Origin: a bacterium
GTDB lineage: Bacteria > UBA8248
Direction of reading: 5' to 3'
NCBI GenBank assembly: GCA_965213625.1
Contig: CBDBZU010000004.1
Location: forward strand, 3,712,001 to 3,776,000
Length of the DNA: 64,000 bases
Shown: positions 36,839 through 47,454 of the stretch, one piece after another
How positions within the stretch are numbered: the first letter of the stretch is position 1
Layout of the letters: every line of letters starts with the position of its first letter
Position numbers and translations under genes: made by a program
Notes under the pieces: generated by a model
The model's input: the letters and a program-made list of their open reading frames with translations, nothing else
The model's database searches: none
Told to the model about the DNA's origin: nothing

Positions 36839-38554
36839 ATGTCTCTGGAAGCGATGGCGCGCGGCCAGTGGGGGCCGGCGGCGGTGGGCCTCATTGTCGG
36901 CCTGTTCCTGCTCGCCTTCCTGGTCGTGCCTGTCGTGAACGTGATCTACGTCGCCTTCCAGGACCCCAACACGGGCGCGCTGACGCTCATCAACTTCGTG
37001 GATTTCTTCAGGAACAACCTGTTCCAGGAATCCGCCATCAATTCGATCTACGTCGCCCTGATGTCTGTGGTGCTGGCGTCGTGCTTTGCGCTTCCACTCG
37101 CCTACTTCACGACGCGCTTCAATTTCGGCGGCGCCATCCTCATCCAGACCCTGGGTGTGCTCCCGCTCATCATGCCGCCCTTCGTCGGCGCCGTGGCGAT
37201 GCTCCTGCTGCTCGGCGAGAACGGCTCGGTCAACCTGCTGCTGGATGAATGGTTCGGCTTTAAGGTCCCCTTCATGGAGGGGTTGAACGGCGTCATCCTG
37301 GTCGAGAGCATCCACTATTTCCCGTTCATCCTCATGAATCTCTCGGCCTCGCTCAACAACATCGACCGGTCGATGGAGGAATCCGCCCAGAACCTGGGAG
37401 CCAGCGGAATGCGCCTGTTCCGCCGCATCGTGTTTCCACTGGCCATGCCCGGCTATGTCGCGGGCGCATCCCTGGTGTTCCTGAAGGTGTTCGACGACAT
37501 CGGCACGCCGCTGCTACTCAACATCAACAACATGCTGGCGCCCCAGGCCTACCTGCGCATCGCCTCCATCGGCATCTCGGACCCCATGGGTTATGTGATC
37601 TCGGTCATCCTGGTCATTTTCTCCCTGCTGGCGCTCTGGACCTCGTTTCTGGCGCTGCGAAACAAGGACTACGCGACCGTGCAAAAGGGCGGGGGCGGGC
37701 TGATGAAGCGCGACCTGAGGCCCTGGGAGAAGGCCGCCTGCTACGGCGTCGTCGTCTTCATCCTGCTGCTGGTGCTCTCGCCGCACTTCGGCCTCGCCAT
37801 CCTCTCTCTCGGCACGGTCTGGTCGTTCAGCGTGCTGCCCGACGCCTACACCTACGCGCATTACCTGCGGGTGATCTCGGACTCATCGGAATTCATCACC
37901 AACACGCTGCTCTACGCGGGCCTCGCCGCGGGCATCGACGTCGTCTTCGGCACGGCCATCGCCTACATCGTCCTGCGCACCGGGCTGGCCGGCCGGCAGT
38001 GGCTTGATTACGCTGCGATGGGGGCGGTGGCGATCCCCGGCGTGGTGCTCGGCATCGGCTATTTGAGGACCTTCTATGCGTTCAACGTGCCGATTATAGA
38101 TAAACCCCTGGCCTCGTGGTGGGTCATCATCGTCGTCGCCCTCGCCATCAGACGCCTGCCCTACGCGCTGCGCGCCTGCATGGCGGCGCTGCAGCAGCTG
38201 AGCGTCATGCTCGAAGAGGCCGCCGAGAATCTGGGGGCGACCAAGGGCCGAACCATCTACCGGGTCGTCGTGCCGCTCATGTCGGGCGGCATCGTCGCGG
38301 GCTTCATCACCAGCTTCGCCACCGCGGCGGTCGAGCTGTCGACGACCATAATGCTCGTCTCGCAGGAATCGGACGCGCCGCTCGCCTTCGGGATTTACGA
38401 GTTCATGCAGTCGGCGGCGGGCCGCGGCCCGGGCGCCGCGCTGGGCATCATCGCCGTGGTCATCGTCGGCGTCGCCACCTACGTCTCGCACCGCTTCATC
38501 CAGCGCATAGAGACGAGCCAGACGCCTGACATGGCCATCGTCGCGGGAGTATGA
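36839..38554 (+). CDS. ABC transporter permease (FbpB-like, duplicated TM domain)
   Basis: Two EAA loops (MEESAQNLGA; LEEAAENLGA). Confidence 0.9.
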   Translation: MSLEAMARGQWGPAAVGLIVGLFLLAFLVVPVVNVIYVAFQDPNTGALTLINFVDFFRNNLFQESAINSIYVALMSVVLASCFALPLAYFTTRFNFGGAILIQTLGVLPLIMPPFVGAVAMLLLLGENGSVNLLLDEWFGFKVPFMEGLNGVILVESIHYFPFILMNLSASLNNIDRSMEESAQNLGASGMRLFRRIVFPLAMPGYVAGASLVFLKVFDDIGTPLLLNINNMLAPQAYLRIASIGISDPMGYVISVILVIFSLLALWTSFLALRNKDYATVQKGGGGLMKRDLRPWEKAACYGVVVFILLLVLSPHFGLAILSLGTVWSFSVLPDAYTYAHYLRVISDSSEFITNTLLYAGLAAGIDVVFGTAIAYIVLRTGLAGRQWLDYAAMGAVAIPGVVLGIGYLRTFYAFNVPIIDKPLASWWVIIVVALAIRRLPYALRACMAALQQLSVMLEEAAENLGATKGRTIYRVVVPLMSGGIVAGFITSFATAAVELSTTIMLVSQESDAPLAFGIYEFMQSAAGRGPGAALGIIAVVIVGVATYVSHRFIQRIETSQTPDMAIVAGV

Positions 38555-39639
38555 GAATGGCATCGCAAAACGCCGCAAGCGTCGTCATCGAGCAACTGAG
38601 CCTCGCCTACGACACGACCGACGTGCTGAAAGACGTGGACCTTCGCATCGAACCGGGCGAGTTGTTCACCTTCCTGGGGCCGTCGGGGTCGGGCAAATCG
38701 ACTCTCCTGCGCGCCGTCGCGGGCTTCGGCCCCGCGCCCCGGGGGCGCATCCTGATAGGCGAGGACGACGTGACGCGGCTCCCCCCCTGGCGGCGCAACG
38801 TCGGCATGGTGTTCCAGTCCTATGCGCTCTGGCCGCACATGACGGTGCGCAGGAACGTCGCCTTTGGCCTGGAGGAACGCAAGACGCCCGCCGCCGAAAT
38901 TCCCAAGCGCGTCGACGCCGCCCTGGACATGGTCGGACTCCTGGAGCTTGCCGAGCGCCGTCCCTCGCAGCTGTCCGGCGGACAGCAGCAGCGCGTAGCG
39001 CTGGCGCGCACCATCGTCGTCGAGCCCCGCGTGCTCCTGCTCGACGAGCCGCTCTCGAATCTGGACGCCAACCTGCGCGTACAGATGCGCCGCGAGATTC
39101 TGGACTTGCAGCGCGAACTGGAACTGACCACCATCTTCGTCACCCACGACCAGGAAGAGGCCAACACCATCTCGGACCGCATCGCCGTGCTCGACGACGG
39201 CATACTCCAGCAGGTGGGAGCGCCCATGGAACTCTACGACGAGCCCGTGAACCGATTCGTCGCCCACTTCCTGGGCACGGCGAATCTCATGGACGGGCGG
39301 ATCGAGACGGGGGCCGATGGCGCGCGCTTCGCCGCTGCCGGCGGCATCGCCGTGCCGCTTTCGGGTGAGGTCCACGCGCCCGGTGAGGAGCATACCGCCG
39401 TGTTCCGGCCCCAGGATATCGCCATCGCCGCACCGGGCGAGACGCTCCCCGGTATCGTCCTGACCGGCCGGGTGCAGCACCGCGAGTTCCTTGGCAACCT
39501 CCTGCGCTACTCCGTCGTCATCGGCGAGGACACCCTGCTGGTCGACGACACCCACCATCCGGGCCGCCGCGCCTTCTCCGTGGGAGATGATGTCGCCGTG
39601 GGCCTCCGAGGCGAGCAGGTGCGCATCCTGGGGCGTTGA
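38551..39639 (+). CDS. ABC transporter ATP-binding protein (FbpC/PotA-like)
   Basis: GPSGSGKST, LSGGQQQR, LLLDEPLSNLDA, TOBE-like tail. Confidence 0.92.
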   Translation: MRMASQNAASVVIEQLSLAYDTTDVLKDVDLRIEPGELFTFLGPSGSGKSTLLRAVAGFGPAPRGRILIGEDDVTRLPPWRRNVGMVFQSYALWPHMTVRRNVAFGLEERKTPAAEIPKRVDAALDMVGLLELAERRPSQLSGGQQQRVALARTIVVEPRVLLLDEPLSNLDANLRVQMRREILDLQRELELTTIFVTHDQEEANTISDRIAVLDDGILQQVGAPMELYDEPVNRFVAHFLGTANLMDGRIETGADGARFAAAGGIAVPLSGEVHAPGEEHTAVFRPQDIAIAAPGETLPGIVLTGRVQHREFLGNLLRYSVVIGEDTLLVDDTHHPGRRAFSVGDDVAVGLRGEQVRILGR

Positions 39640-39959
39640 GAGGAGCGCTCTCCCGCAGGATTCCTGGCAAACCCGATTGGACCTGCAAGGACTGGCCTCC
39701 GTGCCTGTCCCTGCAAAACCATCGCGCTTGCGCTGCGGAGCACGGAATAAGAAATCCCGGAAATCGGGCCGCTTGATTTGATCTCGCCGCCGAATTGGGC
39801 TACATGATTTCCGGGTGGCCCGGTGGAGATTCCACCCCTCGATAAAATCCAAAATTCAAAACGACATCCTGAAACTGGAGCGAGGCGAATCCCGGAAACT
39901 GAGAGCGTTTTCTAGTGAGGGGATCGTCGAGTTCCAGACGACGAGACGAGGGAGATTCC

Positions 39960-40436
39960 ATGCGCCATATTCTCGTTCTTTGCACGGGCAACTCGGCGCG
40001 CTCGATACTCGCGGAAGCCGTCCTGAACCGCGACGGCGTGGGGAGGGTGCGGGCCTATTCGGCGGGTTCCCGCCCGACAGGCCGGGTCAATCCGGGCGCG
40101 GTTCGCCTCCTCGAGCGGCTGGGCCTGCCGACGGAAGGCTACCGCTCGAAGAGCTGGGATGAGTTCGCCGCCCCCGGCGCCCCCAAAATGGACCTCGTCG
40201 TCACCGTCTGCGATTCGGCGGCGGGCGAAATCTGCCCCGTCTGGCCCGGCGCGCCGCTCACGGCGCACTGGGGAGTGGACGACCCCGCCGCTGCGCCGGA
40301 AGACCAAATCGACTGGGCGTTCCGGGTCGCATACCACCGCCTGAGCGCCCGAATCAACGCCTTTCTGGCCCTTGACTTCGAAGACATGGACCGCGCGGCG
40401 CTCAAGGCGCGCCTGGACGCCATCGCCCGAATATGA
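39960..40436 (+). CDS. arsC: Arsenate reductase (LMW-PTP fold)
   Basis: LCTGNSARS, VTVCD...CPVWPG, HWGVDDP. Confidence 0.9.
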   Translation: MRHILVLCTGNSARSILAEAVLNRDGVGRVRAYSAGSRPTGRVNPGAVRLLERLGLPTEGYRSKSWDEFAAPGAPKMDLVVTVCDSAAGEICPVWPGAPLTAHWGVDDPAAAPEDQIDWAFRVAYHRLSARINAFLALDFEDMDRAALKARLDAIARI

Positions 40437-40448
40437 GGAGGTAACCCG

Positions 40449-41102
40449 ATGAGCCGCAAACTACTGGCCGAAGCCGTTGGAACCGCGTTCCTGCTCGCCG
40501 CCATCGCAGGCTCGGGCATCATGGGCGACGCCCTCTCGAACGGGCAGGCGGGCGCGGCGCTATTGCCGCACTCACTCGCGATCGGCGCGATCCTCTTCGT
40601 GATGATCACCCTGCTCGGGCCCGTCTCCGGCGCGCACTTCAACCCCGCGGTCACAATGGTCTTCGCCTTGAATGGGGAGATGGAACGCAGAGAAGCCATC
40701 CCCTACGTCGCCGTCCAGATACTGGCGGCAATCCTCGGCGTGCTCGCCGCGCACCTGATGTTCGACTTGGATATCGCCCAGGTCTCGGCGAAAACGCGTA
40801 GCGGCATCGGCCAGTGGTCGGCGGAAGTCATAGCGACGGCGGGGCTGATCTTCGTCATCCTGGGCGGACTACGCACGAACCCCGCCCTCATCCCCGCGAT
40901 GGTCGGGCTATACATCATGGCGGCCCTCTGGTTCACGGCCTCGACCAGCTTCGCCAACCCGGCGGTCACGATCGCGCGGGTTTACACCAACACGTTCTCG
41001 GGCATTCAGCCGTTCGACGCGCCCGCCTTCATCATCGCTCAGTTTATAGGCGCGCTAGCGGGCTGGAGCCTGGCGCGCGCCGTATGGCCCGAGGAGCGTT
41101 GA
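40449..41102 (+). CDS. MIP/aquaporin family channel (arsenite channel type)
   Basis: Two NPA motifs (SGAHFNPAVT; STSFANPAVT); follows arsC. Confidence 0.9.
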   Translation: MSRKLLAEAVGTAFLLAAIAGSGIMGDALSNGQAGAALLPHSLAIGAILFVMITLLGPVSGAHFNPAVTMVFALNGEMERREAIPYVAVQILAAILGVLAAHLMFDLDIAQVSAKTRSGIGQWSAEVIATAGLIFVILGGLRTNPALIPAMVGLYIMAALWFTASTSFANPAVTIARVYTNTFSGIQPFDAPAFIIAQFIGALAGWSLARAVWPEER

Positions 41103-41127
41103 CGCCTGGAACCCGAACGCGCCTTCA

Positions 41128-41318
41128 GGGGCCGGGCATCCGAGGGGAATGCCCGATAAAAAAGCCCTCCTCGCTCGAAATTGACCACCGCCGGAATGAC
41201 GATGCCTTTGCTCGGTCGATAAACAAGAATGTAGCGGACAGGCCCCTGTGCCTGTCCGAGGTCGCGACCTGTCCCGGCCCCTAGCCGGTCTTGTCAGGGG
41301 TGCTTTTTCAACAACCCC
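41128..41318. repeat. Degenerate MITE-like element with mini-hairpin and REP fragments
   Basis: Right end GCTTTTTCAACAACCCC; internal CGCCGGAATGACG and GTAGCGGACAGGC...GCCTGTCC. Confidence 0.55.
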
Positions 41319-41440
41319 TTAAAACGACCATCTGAAAGCCCGCCAGAACGCGAACCCCTGACAGACTTGCCATTCCCGCGCTTATGGTGGATTCTCCCTC
41401 GAAATCTGAATCGGCCTCATCGAATCTGGAGTCAAGACGA

Positions 41441-42313
41441 ATGTCGGAACCAAAGAGCGTATTCATCGAAAGAGACGGCGTGCGGCTTCACGCCCTGGAC
41501 CACGGAAGCGAGGGGGAGGACAAGCCCGTTATCCTGATGCTGCACGGCGCTGCGGCCCACGCGCGCTGGTGGGATCACATCGCCCCCGGTTACACGGACA
41601 TGCTCCGGCCCGTGGCGACGGATCACCGCGGCCACGGGGACACCGGATGGCAGGATGAATACGTCTTCGAGGACCTGCTGCGCGACGTGACGGCCTGGGT
41701 GGAATGGGCGGAAGAAGAGAGCGGACGAAAGCCCTGGCTGCTGGCGCACTCGATGGGCGGCGTCATCGCGCTGAACCTCTTCGCCCTCGAGCCGCCCGAC
41801 GTCGAGGGCATCATCATTGTGGATTCCCCGCTCCGGACGACGGACGCGATTCTCGCCGAGGTGCGCGCATTCGGGAACCGGCCCGCCAGACCCTGGGCGT
41901 CGCGAGAGCTTTTCGTCGAGAAATTCAGGCTCCTGCCCGCATCGGACAAGGTGAATCCCGAAACGATCGCCCATATCGCGCGCCACGCCGTGCGGCAAAA
42001 CGGCGACGGTACCTGGACGGTGAAGGCGGACAGGCGTTTTCACGCGTCGCGCCCCGAAACGGATCAGCGCGCGGGCTGGCAGCGGGTCGAGACGCCCGCC
42101 CTGCTCGTGGCGGGAGAACTCTCGGATCGCCTGAAATCAGACTCTCTCGAATGGGTGCGTGAGAAGGTTCCCCACGTCGAAACCGCCGTCATCCCCGGCG
42201 CGCACCACCACGTCTTCATGGACGAACCGGACGCCTTCATCCGCGTGACGCGCGAGTTTCTGGCGAGGAAGATTTCTTCAATCAGCGAACGGAGCGCATC
42301 CCGGACGGTTTGA
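41441..42313 (+). CDS. Alpha/beta hydrolase
   Basis: LHG, DHRGHG, AHSMGG nucleophile elbow, GAHHHVF. Confidence 0.9.
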   Translation: MSEPKSVFIERDGVRLHALDHGSEGEDKPVILMLHGAAAHARWWDHIAPGYTDMLRPVATDHRGHGDTGWQDEYVFEDLLRDVTAWVEWAEEESGRKPWLLAHSMGGVIALNLFALEPPDVEGIIIVDSPLRTTDAILAEVRAFGNRPARPWASRELFVEKFRLLPASDKVNPETIAHIARHAVRQNGDGTWTVKADRRFHASRPETDQRAGWQRVETPALLVAGELSDRLKSDSLEWVREKVPHVETAVIPGAHHHVFMDEPDAFIRVTREFLARKISSISERSASRTV

Positions 42314-42335
42314 TGACTCCCCGATAACTGTTCTT

Positions 42336-42529
42336 GGGGGTTATTGAATTAGCCGGAGTGTGGAAATTTGTTTATGTGTAGGGGTCGCATATATGCGACC
42401 CTATTTATTCACCCACTACAAGAGCCGCATGTAGGTCGGACATATATGTCCGACCTACAAAAACCGCACCTTCCCTGGTAGGTTCCATTCGCCGAACCAC
42501 GCGGAGTCACGACTTTCTCAACAACCCCC
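42336..42529. mobile_element. MITE with IS1182-type ends carrying GTAG REPs
   Basis: GGGGGTTATTGAA ... TTCTCAACAACCCCC; GTAGGGGTCGCATATATGCGACCC (42378) and GTAGGTCGGACATATATGTCCGACCTAC (42431-42458). Confidence 0.6.
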
Positions 42530-42538
42530 TGTGCCTCC

Positions 42539-44218
42539 CTACTCCGTAACAGCCAAAGGCGCCATGGCCTCGATGTCGCTCACGCAGTCGATGACGACGG
42601 GCCTGTTCGCGCTGAACGCCTGGTCGAGCGCGCTTTTCAGCTCACCCGGTTTTTCCACCCGGATGCCCAGCGCGCCCATGGATTCGGCGATCTCGGCGAA
42701 ATTCACCGCGTTCAGCTTCCAGAGTTCATAGGCCTGTTCGGTCTGCTCGCCGCCGTAGGCGCGGTCGAAGCCGCGCTTCGATTGATTCCCAGAAGCGTTG
42801 TTGTTCACCAGCGTCACCGCGTTTATCTTCCAGCGCACGGCGGTCTCGATTTCAGACAGGTGATACCAGAAGCCCGAATCGCCGTTGAAGGCGAGCACCG
42901 GCCTGTCCGGCACGGCGCACTTGGCCCCCAGACCCGCCGAGAAGGCCCAGCCCAGGTGGCCCGCGCTTCTCATGTAGCTTTGCTCGGGGTGCGAGAGGTC
43001 GTACATGCCGCCCATCCACATGCCCGAATGGCCCGTATCGCCCAGCACGACGCAGTCCGAAGGCAGAGAATCCGTCAACTCCTGGCAGATGCGCTCGGGA
43101 CGCATGGGGGCTGCGTCCGATGCGAGATATTCGCTGAATTCATCGCGCCATCCCTGCACGAAGCCCTGTGCTCGCTCGACCCAGCCCGCGCGCGAGGCGG
43201 CGGAATCTCCACTCGTCGCATCGGTCATCTTCTTTAGACTCACCCTGGCGTCGCCCAGAACCGCGGCTTGTAAGGGATAGTTGCGCGCCAAGGCTTCGGG
43301 TTCGATGTCGAGCTGGATGGCGGGCGTGCCGATGGGCGGTACGGCCCAGAAGTGCGTCGTCATGCCGCCTGTCTCGGTGCCGACGAAAAAGACCAAGTCG
43401 GCTCCGTTCACCACCCGGTTCGCGCTCTTTCTCGAATAGGTGCCCACCACGCCGACGGAGAGCGGGTGGTTGCCCGGAATGTTGTCCTTGCCGTTCAGCG
43501 ACGTCGCCACCGGTATGTTCAGCTTCTCGGCCAGTGCGATGAGTTCCTTGGAAGCGCCCGATGAGCGAACCCCGCCGCCTGCGACGATAACGGGGCGCTC
43601 CGCCTTCTCCAGCAGTTCGACTGCTTTTTTCACGCGCGCCATCTCGGGTTCAGGCCGGTAGGGAGGGAGTTCCTTGAAATCTTCTTCGATGATCACCTCC
43701 ATCTCGGCCTCTCCGATGTCGAGCTGGCCCTCGTTGCCTGCGAATTGCAGGTGCACCGGCCCCGGGCAGCCCGAGGTGGCTACGCGGAAGGCTTGCCGGA
43801 GCATGTCCGGGAAGCGCGAGACGTCGTCCACCGTGGCGTTGAACTTCGTCACCGGCTCGAAGGCGGGAACGTCGTCCACTTCCTGGTAGACCTTGCGGAA
43901 CTTGGTCTCGGGCACGCGCCCGCCCGTGAAGGCCAGGACGGGAGCTTTCGCCAGATAGGCATCCCGCAAGCCCGCCGCCAGGTTCAGCGCGCCGATGACC
44001 TGCGCCATGCAGACGCCCGGCTTCTTGCCCGCGCGTGCGTAGCCGTCCGCCATGTAGGCGGCGGATTTCTCGCCGTGCGTCTGGATACGGGCGATGTTCG
44101 TGCGCTCTTCCATCTCGGCCATCGAGCGCCTGAGAACAGCGGGAACCAGAAAAGTGTGAGTCACGCCATAGCCCTTGAGCATCTCGGCCATGACCTGGGC
44201 GCCTGTCATTTTCGGCAT
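42539..44218 (-). CDS. Thiamine-pyrophosphate-dependent enzyme (acetolactate synthase-like)
   Basis: EKSAAYMADGYARA, PGPVHL, GDSGF...NN TPP-binding motif. Confidence 0.9.
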   Translation of the reverse strand: MPKMTGAQVMAEMLKGYGVTHTFLVPAVLRRSMAEMEERTNIARIQTHGEKSAAYMADGYARAGKKPGVCMAQVIGALNLAAGLRDAYLAKAPVLAFTGGRVPETKFRKVYQEVDDVPAFEPVTKFNATVDDVSRFPDMLRQAFRVATSGCPGPVHLQFAGNEGQLDIGEAEMEVIIEEDFKELPPYRPEPEMARVKKAVELLEKAERPVIVAGGGVRSSGASKELIALAEKLNIPVATSLNGKDNIPGNHPLSVGVVGTYSRKSANRVVNGADLVFFVGTETGGMTTHFWAVPPIGTPAIQLDIEPEALARNYPLQAAVLGDARVSLKKMTDATSGDSAASRAGWVERAQGFVQGWRDEFSEYLASDAAPMRPERICQELTDSLPSDCVVLGDTGHSGMWMGGMYDLSHPEQSYMRSAGHLGWAFSAGLGAKCAVPDRPVLAFNGDSGFWYHLSEIETAVRWKINAVTLVNNNASGNQSKRGFDRAYGGEQTEQAYELWKLNAVNFAEIAESMGALGIRVEKPGELKSALDQAFSANRPVVIDCVSDIEAMAPLAVTE

Positions 44219-44318
44219 TTGCAATTTCTCCTTGTCTTTACACAATATTTTCTTGGGACGACGAAATACGAAACCACCAGTTTCGGATTTTTCAGGGAAT
44301 ACCGCATAGAATTATCAG

Positions 44319-45236
44319 CTAAGGAGCGAAAAATCCAGCGCCCAAGGCATCGCGCACGGCGTCTGGAATCTCGCGCATATCCTCCACAACAGTAGCGCCC
44401 GCTTCCCTTAACAGCGCCTTTTTCCGGGCCGGCGAACCCTCGCCGCGCTCGATGATGGCCGCCGCGTGGCCGAAGCTCACACCTTGGGGAGCGGACTCGT
44501 TCACCATCCCCGCGATGAAGGCGACCACAGGCTTGGTGAATCCCCCCTCGCCCATCAGGCGCGCCGCGTCCTCTTCGGCGCACGAGCCCGGCTCGCCGAA
44601 CAAGACGACGCACTCCGTATCCGGATCGGCTTGAAATATGGGCATCAGTTCCGAGAAGGGAGCGCCCACCATGGCGTCTCCCCCCACGCTCACGTAGGTG
44701 CTCTGGCCGATGCCCTCCCGGCTCAGGAGCCAGCATGTCTCGCTGCCCATCCCCCCGCTTCTGCTCAGAACGCCCACAGGTCCGCGCCGGAACAGGAGGT
44801 TCGTGACGGGCAAATCCCCGCCCGTGCCGCCCATCTTCGCGCGTCCCGGGCTAATGATCCCCTGGCTGTTGGGGCCCACGAGCCGCACCCCTGCGCGCCG
44901 TGCGTGGGCGATCATCCGCGCCACGTCGTGCTGGGGCACGCCCTCGGCGCATACAAGAATCATCGGGACACCCGCCTCCGCCGCCTCGATGGCCGATTCC
45001 GCCGCAGCGGCGGCCGGCACGAACAAGACGGCGGCGTCCGCCGGGTGTTCATCCAGAGACGATGCGAACGAATCGTAGACAGGCACGCCGTCACAATCCT
45101 CGCCCGCGCGTCCGGGCACCACGCCCGCCACCACGTGCGTGCCGTACCTGCGCATGAAGCCTGTGTGGGCGCGCGCCTGCCAGCCGGTGATGCCGGCCAC
45201 GACGACGCGCGTGTCCTCATCGAGGAGGATGCTCAT
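44319..45236 (-). CDS. ADP-forming acyl-CoA synthetase alpha subunit (SucD-like)
   Basis: GITG, VGPNSQG, SRSGGM, SVGGD, FGHAAA phospho-His motif. Confidence 0.85.
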   Translation of the reverse strand: MSILLDEDTRVVVAGITGWQARAHTGFMRRYGTHVVAGVVPGRAGEDCDGVPVYDSFASSLDEHPADAAVLFVPAAAAAESAIEAAEAGVPMILVCAEGVPQHDVARMIAHARRAGVRLVGPNSQGIISPGRAKMGGTGGDLPVTNLLFRRGPVGVLSRSGGMGSETCWLLSREGIGQSTYVSVGGDAMVGAPFSELMPIFQADPDTECVVLFGEPGSCAEEDAARLMGEGGFTKPVVAFIAGMVNESAPQGVSFGHAAAIIERGEGSPARKKALLREAGATVVEDMREIPDAVRDALGAGFFAP

Positions 45237-46480
45237 CGCACGCCTCCCGCGCTCATCCACGGCTCCCCGCGCTTGACGGCTTCCACCTGGGCGATAATGT
45301 GCTCGGCGGCCTCTTCGAGCGTCACATCGTCTCCCAGATACTGAAGGCCCGGACAGCTTGCGGCGATCTCCCTGGCTTCCTCCCCGCCCGCGCCCGCGAA
45401 ACGCACGATGAAGGGGAATTTTGAGAGGTCGACCTCCGACTCCTCCACCGCGCGGGCGATGGCGCGGACTTTTAGCTGAACGCGCGAGAAACTCGTGATG
45501 TTGCTGCCCGCGAGCACGCCCTTCACGTTCGGCATCGCGAGGATCTCTTTGGTGATCTCGAAATACTTCTCCTCAAGCGGCCCCGGCGTGATGTCGAACG
45601 CCGTGGCGGGCGCGCCGCCCAGGCGCGCCATCGTGTCCAGCAGATACAGGCCGCCCCCGCCCCCGCTCCACATGAGGGCGATCTCCCCGTCCTCGATTTC
45701 GGTAAAACGCGCCGTATTAAACGGAGGGATATTTGCGTCGATCTCCGCGACCCTCGCCTCCACGGGAGTGGGGGGACGCCAGCCGCCGTCCGAGTCTTCA
45801 TCCAGCAGTTCTTTGAGGTCTGCGTGGCGGAACAAGGCGTCCGCGTCCAGATCGAGCACGCACGCGGCGGCGATTACTTCGTCCGTATCCGTCAGGACGA
45901 GCGGATTCACCTCCAGCACCCGAGCCTCGGTGCAGCGAAAAAGCGCGTAGCAGGCCTCGAGCGCCATTGCCGCGCGGTAGAGGCCCTCCCCGTGCACGCC
46001 CTGGGCACGCAGAAAGGAGATGCACCGCTCCTCGCTCAGGCCTTCCAAAATATCGACTTCGAGCCGCTTCAAGGCATCCGGGTTATCTTCCAGGAGCGCC
46101 TCTATCTCCACGCCGCCCTCGGTACTGAACATGACGAGCGGCCCGCGCGATGCGCTGTCGAAGGCGATGGAGAGATACCACTCCTGCGCTATCGCGACCC
46201 TCTCCTCCACCAGCAGGCGTTTGACGGGGAAATGGTGCACCACACGGCCCAGAAGTTCCTGCGCCGCTCCCTTAGCCTCATCGGGCGTATCCGCAGCGAG
46301 AATTGCCCCCGCCTTCCCGCGTTTTCCTACGGGTACCAGCGCCTTCACCATCACGGGGCCGCCGATTACGCGCGCCGCTTCTTCCGCTTCGGCGGGTGTA
46401 GTCGCCGAGCGGCCATGCGGTACGCGCACGCCTGCATCGCTCAAAAGCGCTTTGGCCCTGTCCTCGAACACGCGGGGCAT
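45233..46480 (-). CDS. ADP-forming acyl-CoA synthetase beta subunit (SucC-like, divergent)
   Basis: VKALVPVGKRGKAG, EWYLSI, STEGGVEIE, LEVNPL, DALFRH. Confidence 0.82.
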   Translation of the reverse strand: MPRVFEDRAKALLSDAGVRVPHGRSATTPAEAEEAARVIGGPVMVKALVPVGKRGKAGAILAADTPDEAKGAAQELLGRVVHHFPVKRLLVEERVAIAQEWYLSIAFDSASRGPLVMFSTEGGVEIEALLEDNPDALKRLEVDILEGLSEERCISFLRAQGVHGEGLYRAAMALEACYALFRCTEARVLEVNPLVLTDTDEVIAAACVLDLDADALFRHADLKELLDEDSDGGWRPPTPVEARVAEIDANIPPFNTARFTEIEDGEIALMWSGGGGGLYLLDTMARLGGAPATAFDITPGPLEEKYFEITKEILAMPNVKGVLAGSNITSFSRVQLKVRAIARAVEESEVDLSKFPFIVRFAGAGGEEAREIAASCPGLQYLGDDVTLEEAAEHIIAQVEAVKRGEPWMSAGGVR

Positions 46481-46511
46481 GATTATCTCACCGGATTCAG
46501 AAAGAGTGGGT

Positions 46512-47306
46512 TTACAGGATGGCCACGGGACGGACGGGCGAGCCCGTGCCGCCGCGAATCTTGAGCGGCAAGCAGACGAAGAGAAACTCATGGGCGCGCG
46601 CCTGGCTCAATTCCTCCAGCACGGACACCTCGAGCAGATGGATTCCCCTGTCCACCAGCATGTGGCAGTGCACCGGCATCGTGGGGGCGGGCAGCACCTC
46701 GACTGCGAAGGTATCGCTCCCGACCATGAAGATTCCCTGGTCGGAGAGCCACCTGGCGGCGTCAATGTCTATGCCGGGCACGCCGCCTTTCTGGAAATAA
46801 TAATTCCGGCCCGGCCAGTTTTGCATGTGGCCCGTGCGCACCAGAACGACGTCGCCCTCTTCCACCTTAACCCCCTGTGCAGTGGCTGCGGCGTCTAGTT
46901 CTTCTTTCGTGATGGGCCGGGCCGCCTCTAAAACGTCTTTTTTCAAGTAAGCCGCCACGTCGATAAACACGCCGCGCCTAACCACGGGCGCTACGGTCTC
47001 GATGCCGTGGGCTTTCAGCCCTTCGGTCTTGCTCTGGTGTTCGGCGACGTCCAGGCCGCCGTGGAGCTTCATGTCCTTTGCGACGTGGCCCAGGGCGTCG
47101 ATGTGCGTGCCGGTGTGGCCAGTGCAGAAAATCGCCTCAACCGCGGAGCACGCCCCGCCTGAATACATGTGGTCGCCGTGTTCCCTGATCATCGAATACC
47201 CGAACGGGCCGTGGAGCGGCACGTGGGGCATTCCGGGAAAAAGCTCTATCCCTAAATCGAATACTCTGCTGCCGCGCGCGATGGCTCGTACGTCTTCTAT
47301 GTTCAT
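46512..47306 (-). CDS. Cyclase family metal hydrolase (kynurenine formamidase-like)
   Basis: HTGTHIDALGH, LVRTG, PLKIRGGTGSPVRP. Confidence 0.9.
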   Translation of the reverse strand: MNIEDVRAIARGSRVFDLGIELFPGMPHVPLHGPFGYSMIREHGDHMYSGGACSAVEAIFCTGHTGTHIDALGHVAKDMKLHGGLDVAEHQSKTEGLKAHGIETVAPVVRRGVFIDVAAYLKKDVLEAARPITKEELDAAATAQGVKVEEGDVVLVRTGHMQNWPGRNYYFQKGGVPGIDIDAARWLSDQGIFMVGSDTFAVEVLPAPTMPVHCHMLVDRGIHLLEVSVLEELSQARAHEFLFVCLPLKIRGGTGSPVRPVAIL

Positions 47307-47454
47307 CGTGACCTCATCAGAAAATTATGGAACTGCGGGCCGGTGAGCCGGATTCGCGTTTCGGCTACTATAGCTTTGCGTCTCGCCATCCGGCAAGGTA
47401 AACAAGGGTGAATACGAAAACGAGGTTTCTCGAAACCCTCTGGAGCTGGGACGC

